Below, in pieces: positions 57,872 to 64,000 of a stretch of DNA of 64,000 nt. The notes under the pieces were generated by a model. That model had not been told where the DNA came from, ran no database searches, and saw only the letters and a program-made list of their open reading frames with translations. Position 1 is the first letter of the stretch. Each line of letters starts with the position of its first letter. A program made the translations under genes and the position numbers. The stretch is from Opitutales bacterium (GTDB lineage Bacteria; Verrucomicrobiota; Verrucomicrobiia; Opitutales; PNEW01): positions 1,216,001-1,280,000 of the forward strand of contig CBDANS010000006.1 in assembly GCA_965197745.1 (NCBI GenBank), given 5' to 3'.

Positions 57872-60800
57872 TTAACGACTACCTCCTTCCATGCGTATTC
57901 GGGGATCGAGCCACATGAGCAAGAGGTCACTGCACAGGGTGCCTAAGACCCCGAGCAAGCTGAGAACCATAAGCATCGAGCCGGCCAAATACATATCTTC
58001 CTTCATCAGGGCATCGAGCATTAACGGCCCCACCGTGGGAAGACTGAGGACCATGGCGACAATCGCGCCCCCGGAGACTAATGAAGGGAAAATTCCCCCG
58101 ATTCCCGAGATAAATGGATTTAACGCTAAACGCACCGGATATTTCATTAAAAGCTTAAACGGTCGCACTCCCTTGGCCATAGCTGTTATGACATAGGGTT
58201 TTCTCAACTCGTCAAGCAAGTTGGCTCGCATAACGCGTATCATACTCGCGGTTCCCGTGACACCCAAAACCACAACAGGCACCCAGATGTGCTGTAAAAG
58301 GTCAATTATTTTACCTCTGGTCCATTCTGGTTGGACTGCATATTCAGGTGAAAACAGGCCTGAGATATTAATGCCCAAGTATTTACCGCTCCAGTACATA
58401 ATAATTAAGGCGAGGAGAAAACTCGGGACGCTCATCCCGATAAAGCCAATCAAGGTGATTAAATAGTCGCCAAGGGTATACTGGCGAATTGCCGAAAAGA
58501 TACCAATAGGCAATGCGACCACCCAGGTAAAGAGGATCGTCCCAAGGGAAATGAGAAAAGTGAGAAGCATGCGATCGCCTACCACTGCATTGATCGTATT
58601 CTGGTTCTCCATCGACAATCCCATATGTCCCTGCAGCAAACCCTGATCTTTTTTTTCGAAAGAGGTAAACCAGTTAAGACCGAGCCAGCGGATATACCGT
58701 TCAGTAATGGGTTTATCAAGATGAAAAATCTCGCTCAGCTCTTTAATCTCAGCAATGGAATTTTCTCCGCCTTTCAGCTGCATCACCAGGATTTTGGTTT
58801 CGATGAAATTGCCCGGAGGTAGCTGGATAATAACAAAAGAAATCACCGAGATGATGAGAAGGGTAGGAATCAAAATGAGCAGCCGCCTTCCGATGTAGGG
58901 ATGCCGAACTCCCAGCAGTATAATTCCACAAACGATGATACCGACAAACAAGTGTCTGATCAATCTTACCAGGCGATTTGTGCTATTCGATTCGAGCGTG
59001 CCGGAAACCAGACCGTAAGGAGCAGGTGTGATTTCGATCAGTTCTTTTTTGATTTGTGAAATGGCTCCAGGCGAATGATATGGCTCTTCAAAGTAATAGG
59101 TTTCTATTCCAGCTTGTGACGGTGGATGATAACGATTGCCATAGAATGCGTTGCGCGGAACATTTTTAAACCCATTTTTAACTACCACCGGGTGCGGTGG
59201 CGCGGTGGCAATATTAATCGACCAGACATTTTCCGCGGCGATATAGAACACTTTATTGAAAATCTTACGTTGGGCTTCACGCGTGGATTCACCGTAAGCT
59301 GCGTCAATGAGTTTCATCGATAGCCGTAAGGGATGATCATTCGGTGGTTCGATGCCTCCGAGTTGAGTGGCTCCAGGATTGCCTGAAAGTCCATCTCTAT
59401 TATACCAGGTAAAATAGCCGAAAGCTTGGAGTGAGGTTAACGCGGCAAAACGTTCTGGTCCCATGATCGGATTGTATTCGCTCTCCGTGGCCCAAATAGA
59501 AAATTCAAGTTTGCCTGATTGTTGTTCTACTTGAAAAAGAGAAAGCGCTGGCTGGTGTCGGATGGCGCGAATGCCCACGCGGCTCCAATCCCCGATGATG
59601 AGCTCCGTCGGCCCTTCGTCTTCCCCTTGCGGCACGGAATAATGCCAGGCCATGCGCGTGCCATCCTTAAATGTACGGTAGCCTTCGGTATCGCGCCGGG
59701 TGAGGCCTATCGCATCGAGCAATTGATTAGCTCGATCGGGCGCATACTCGGTGAAACTTTTATGAAGTTTTTCATGGTGGAAAAACGATTCCCTGCCGGG
59801 CGATAGCTGTGCCGGTTCTCCTACTCCATTGTAAACAATTTCGATGATTTGCCGGCGATTAATGGCGAGGGAGAGCGCCTGGCGGAAGCGTTTGTCATTG
59901 AGAAGATCATGTTTCATTTGGGTAACCGGATTATCAGGGTCTACCAAAAGGTTAAGATTCGGGTAAATAAGGTAGCGTGAGCGTGTTGCCGGAAACCAGT
60001 GATAGACTTCGTAATCACTTGTTTCGCGTTGTGACATGAGCAGGGTGTAGTAGAAATCCATAACAAAAATTTGAAAAGTGATTGCTCCGTTAGATGCCGC
60101 TATGGGTATCAATCTGTAGTTTTTAAGATCGTAGTGTAACCGGTCCACATAAGGGAGCTGATTGCCTTTGGTATCGACTGCCCAGTAGTAGGGATTACGC
60201 ACAAATGTATGGGGCGGGTTAGCTTTATAAGTGCGGTAGATCCAGGGCCAAAGCCGTGGATGTTCCGGGTTGTTCCATTGTTTCAATGATGCGTATAGGG
60301 CATTGCGCGAAGGCAACCTGCTTTCTTCGAGGGTAGCCTCAATTAACGCTTCATCGCCGAGTAGAGGATGGTATTTTTCCAGGTAATGGCGAGGTAAGTT
60401 GAAAATAAGGGCTCGAGCCAGGCGTTCAAGAAACGCTCCGTAGGGTTGAGGAAAAACAAATTTTACCGTGTAATCATTGATTTTAACAATCTCCCCTGCC
60501 ATCCCCCCTACTTTCATCCAATCCGGAGTCACACCACCAAATATTTCATCATTAGTTGTATCCTCCCACCAGAATAGAATATCGTCGGCGGTAAAAGGGT
60601 GACCATCGGACCACTTCATCCCTTTGCGCAGGTAAAAGGTCCATTCCTTCAAGTCGGGACTGGATTCCCAACCTTTAGCTATGTGAGGCACGATCGGGTA
60701 ACCGAGCGGAGACCAGCGAACGAGCGTGGACCCGGAATAGAAGCTTTGGATGATACTCATATCGTTGTAGGATCCTACTACTTTGAACCAGGTGCCGCCG

Positions 60801-61156
60801 TATTTACCAATACCTTCCACCCCTTTGAGAACCAAAGGTTCAGATCCTACGCGTTCAACGACCCGAGGTAGTTTGCCTTCATTCGCCAGTTCATTAAGGA
60901 TAAGTGACTCACCTCTTGGGTACCACGGAGCAGATTCTCCCACGCCGTAGTCGACATTCTGCTGTATTGTAAAAAGGTCATCCTCGGTAAAACTGACGTC
61001 CCGTAATTTTTTCGTATAGTCAATCACCTCTGCACTATAGCGAAGAGGCTCTTCTTCCAGATCCGGTTTTAATACATCTCCCCAAAAATAAATAAACAGG
61101 AATAAGAGACAGCCGGTGAGAACCGTGTACCCCAGAAAGGTGAAACTTTTTTTCAT
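57872..61156 (-). CDS. Fused family-5 substrate-binding protein + OppB-like permease
   Basis: N-terminal TM; LRKGMKWSDGHPFTADD, RNPYYW, FRQALSLAINR; then LPPGNF, YVITAMAKG, LLLMWLDPRIR in one 1094-aa frame. Confidence 0.9.
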   Translation of the reverse strand: MKKSFTFLGYTVLTGCLLFLFIYFWGDVLKPDLEEEPLRYSAEVIDYTKKLRDVSFTEDDLFTIQQNVDYGVGESAPWYPRGESLILNELANEGKLPRVVERVGSEPLVLKGVEGIGKYGGTWFKVVGSYNDMSIIQSFYSGSTLVRWSPLGYPIVPHIAKGWESSPDLKEWTFYLRKGMKWSDGHPFTADDILFWWEDTTNDEIFGGVTPDWMKVGGMAGEIVKINDYTVKFVFPQPYGAFLERLARALIFNLPRHYLEKYHPLLGDEALIEATLEESRLPSRNALYASLKQWNNPEHPRLWPWIYRTYKANPPHTFVRNPYYWAVDTKGNQLPYVDRLHYDLKNYRLIPIAASNGAITFQIFVMDFYYTLLMSQRETSDYEVYHWFPATRSRYLIYPNLNLLVDPDNPVTQMKHDLLNDKRFRQALSLAINRRQIIEIVYNGVGEPAQLSPGRESFFHHEKLHKSFTEYAPDRANQLLDAIGLTRRDTEGYRTFKDGTRMAWHYSVPQGEDEGPTELIIGDWSRVGIRAIRHQPALSLFQVEQQSGKLEFSIWATESEYNPIMGPERFAALTSLQAFGYFTWYNRDGLSGNPGATQLGGIEPPNDHPLRLSMKLIDAAYGESTREAQRKIFNKVFYIAAENVWSINIATAPPHPVVVKNGFKNVPRNAFYGNRYHPPSQAGIETYYFEEPYHSPGAISQIKKELIEITPAPYGLVSGTLESNSTNRLVRLIRHLFVGIIVCGIILLGVRHPYIGRRLLILIPTLLIISVISFVIIQLPPGNFIETKILVMQLKGGENSIAEIKELSEIFHLDKPITERYIRWLGLNWFTSFEKKDQGLLQGHMGLSMENQNTINAVVGDRMLLTFLISLGTILFTWVVALPIGIFSAIRQYTLGDYLITLIGFIGMSVPSFLLALIIMYWSGKYLGINISGLFSPEYAVQPEWTRGKIIDLLQHIWVPVVVLGVTGTASMIRVMRANLLDELRKPYVITAMAKGVRPFKLLMKYPVRLALNPFISGIGGIFPSLVSGGAIVAMVLSLPTVGPLMLDALMKEDMYLAGSMLMVLSLLGVLGTLCSDLLLMWLDPRIRMEGGSR

Positions 61157-61241
61157 GCAAATTATTTATTAACAACGAATGAAGATAAATGACACGAATT
61201 ATGTTAACGGCTGATTAATCGACAACGGGAAGTAATAATCC

Positions 61242-63509
61242 TCATCTGCTCCCGCTCTCCATTCGAATTCTTGGATCAAGCATAAGAAGCAGAAGATCAC
61301 TGACAAGCGTGCCAAAGACGTCGAGCAGGCTTAGAACCATAAGCATGGATCCGGCTAAATACATATCTTCCTTCATCAGCGCATCAAGCATCAACGGTCC
61401 CACCGTGGGCAGGCTTAGAACCATGGCGACGATCGCGCCTCCAGACACTAATTGGGGAAAGATCACCCCGATCCCGGAGATAAAAGGATTAAGCGCGATA
61501 CGCACCGGGTACTTCATAAGTAATTTGAATGGCCGCACCCCTTTAGCCATAGCGGTTGTTACATAAGGTTTATTCAGTTCGTCAAGAAGGTTGCCACGCA
61601 TCACCCGTATCATGCTTGCTGTTCCCGAAATGCCCAAAACTACCACAGGCACCCAGATATGCTGTAAGAGGTCAATTATTTTACCCCGCGTCCATTCTGG
61701 TTGCACTGCATACTCAGGTAAAAATAGACCGGAAATGTTAATACCCAGATATTTACCGCTCCAATATAAGAGGAGCAAGGCGAGGAGAAAACCGGGGACG
61801 CTCATCCCGATAAAGCCGATGAAGGTAAATAAATAATCACTTGTCGTATACTGTCGAACCGCCGAATAGATTCCGATAGGGAAAGCTATTGCCCAGGTAA
61901 AAAGAATAGTGCCCAACGAGATGAGGAAAGTAAGGAGAATGCGATCACCGACCACTTCATTGACCGTGCTCTGGTTCTCCATTGACAATCCCATATGCCC
62001 TTGCAGTAAGCCCTGGTCTTTTTTTTCAAATGAGGTAAACCAGTTCAGGCCAAGCCAGCGGGCATAGCGTTCAGCGATGGGTTTATCGAGATGAAAAATC
62101 TCGCGCAGCTCTTTAGCTTCGTCAATAGAACTTGTGCCGCCTTTTAGCTGAAGTTCTAATATTTTGGTCTCGATATAATTTCCCGGCGGAAGCTGGATGA
62201 TAATAAAAGATATCACCGAGATGATGAGTAGGGTTGGAATCATAATAAGCAGCCGCCTGCCAATATAGGGATGCCGCAACCCGATCATAATCATCCCACA
62301 TATAAAAACGCCGATAAGCATGTGCTTAATAAGCCTTGCCAGTCGGATCTCCCTATTCAATTCACGATTGAATGAAGCCACGCTATGAGGAGCAGGGGTG
62401 ACTTCAACCATTTCCTTTTTAAGCTGAGCAATGGCGCCAGGAGAATCATATGTTTCTTCAAAATAATAAGTTTCCATTCCCGCATGGGCAGGCGGACTGT
62501 AGAGCGCGCCATAAAAGGCGTTGCGCGGAACATTCTTCAATCCGTTTTTGACTACGACCAGATGCGGTGCCGGGGTTGCAATATTGATTGTCCAGAGATT
62601 CTCCGCAGCAATATCGAATACTTCATTGAAAATTATTCGTTGATCACCACGTGCGGTTTTGCTGTAAGCTTCATCAATGAGTTTCATCGATAACCGCAAT
62701 GGATGATCTTTCGGGGGCGCGATGCCGCCGAATTGTGTGGCTTCAGGATTATCGTAATGCCCCCCTCTTATATACCAGTTATAATAGCCGTATGCCTGTT
62801 GTTGAGATAAGGCCATGAAATTTTCAGGGCGCACAATAGGATTGAATTCGCACTGCGCCGAATAAACGGTAAATTCCAGTTGGCGTGATCTAATTTCAAC
62901 GGTATAAAGCGAGATCGTTGGCCGACGACGGATAGCGAGAATACCCACGCGGCTCCAGTCTTCAATGATGAGCTCAGTCGGCCCCTCGTCTTCCATCTCC
63001 GGCAGGGTATAATGCCATGCCATGCGCGTTCCGTCTTTGAAGGTGCGGTAGCCTTCGCCATCACGCCGCGTAAGTCCTATCTCGTCGAGTAATCTATTCG
63101 CTCGCTCGGGGTCATACTCGGTAAAACTTTTGTGTAGTTTTTCATGGTGAAAGAAAGATTCTCTGCCGGGTGATAACTGCGCCGGTTCTCCCATCCTGTT
63201 GTATACCGTATCGATGATTTGCCGGCGATTGATGGCGAAGGAAAGAGCCTGGCGGAAGCGTTTATCATTAAGAAGATCATGCTTCATTCGGGATACCGGA
63301 TCATCGGGATCGATCAAAAGGTTGAGATTAGGATAAATGAGATAGCGCGAACGGGTTGCTGGAAACCAATGATATACTTCGTAATCTCCTTTAGCACGTT
63401 CTGACATCAGCAAGGTGTAATGAAGGTCCATGACAAATGTTTGAAAGGTAATAGCTCCATTAGCTGCTGCTATTGGCATAAGCTGCTGATTTTTTATTTC
63501 AAAATGCAA
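61242..63509 (-). pseudogene. 5'-truncated paralog of the SBP-permease fusion
   Basis: Colinear with 57872..61156 from LHFEIKN (= LHYDLKN) onward; similarity stops abruptly at about 63510, about 340 N-terminal aa absent. Confidence 0.8.
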
Positions 63510-63549
63510 GGTAATTAATAGATTTGGGCTTGATGTTTAATACGCGCTT

Positions 63550-63868
63550 CAATCTAGACCCAACTCATTTTTAAGCTCATCAATTCTCTGCTTCGTCGAA
63601 TCAATCTCTTCTATTAGCTGGCAAAGTTCTTCTTCGGAAGCCCAAGAAATTTCCTTACGCGCCCCACCTGTTCCTGGCACGAAATACAATAATTTCCCTC
63701 TTCCCACGGCGTAATTAAAGGGACGCTCGTCAAGCAGATTGCTAACCCCATCTATATAGTTTGCTTCATTGATCTTGCCTTTGATCTAAGGCATTTCAAG
63801 TGATTTTTTTGTTCTCCATGTTCGCGATACATTTTACCAATCTCACGATCTTTCTCTTCTTCTGTCAT
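63550..63868 (-). pseudogene. Small coiled-coil hypothetical ORF, frameshifted
   Basis: ATG at 63868 with AAAGGA upstream: MTEEEKDREIGKMYRE...KQTI*; removing one TA from the TATATA run continues DGVSNLLDE...RIDELKNELGLD. Confidence 0.4.
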
Positions 63869-64000
63869 TGTATTAATTCCTTTCAATTCATCGCCATATT
63901 AAGGAATGCACTGAATCCGTCATTGCGTTCCCGTTGATTATACTTCCAGCATGCCTCAGCGATGTATAAAGGCATGTAAAGCTTTTTATAATGGTGGTGC

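Noticed and set aside
394..63404. Numerous short ORFs in the track overlapping longer genes on the opposite strand or in other frames
   Set aside because: No motifs, and they are fully explained as shadows of well-supported genes.
57872..63509. Assembly duplication of the ABC fusion gene
   Set aside because: The two copies differ at many synonymous and non-synonymous positions throughout, consistent with real paralogs.
1..64000. tRNA, rRNA, riboswitch or other structured ncRNA genes
   Set aside because: None recognised by eye; intergenic hairpins are explained by repeat families. A covariance-model scan would be needed to exclude them.

Overview
Bacterial chromosomal window; the gene style suggests Verrucomicrobiota/Opitutae, which is inference and not verified. 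No rRNA, tRNA or CRISPR array was seen. Left end (1-6.6 kb): a TolB-like/TPR gene, a damaged IS3-family element, and a hybrid histidine kinase split by an IS1595-family element with passenger ORFs. 6.6-33 kb: catabolic and transport genes (two tandem Na+/solute symporters, phosphoesterase, aldo-keto reductase, UxuA-like dehydratase, aldolases, PhnA, SDR, amidohydrolase), large secreted proteins, a class III cyclase with a sigma54-type promoter, and many palindromic intergenic repeats. 33-55 kb: a respiratory supercluster with azurin, cytochrome c, an A1-type heme-copper oxidase operon, and a CydA-like ('bd-like') gene without cydB followed by three membrane c-type cytochromes. Converging on it is an operon (Mrp ATPase, Zn-ribbon protein, AhbD/NirJ-like radical SAM, double-Usp protein, GNAT) in which three proteins carry five copies of a PCP_red-like helical domain; this is the best candidate for an undescribed system. 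Right end: a peptide-type ABC transporter with tandem binding-protein/permease fusions, the second truncated at about 63510. Also notable are a family of tiny (~27-33 nt) insertions with a TWCCGAG...CGACAT core and several frameshifts. All calls are from reading motifs by eye; no searches were run.
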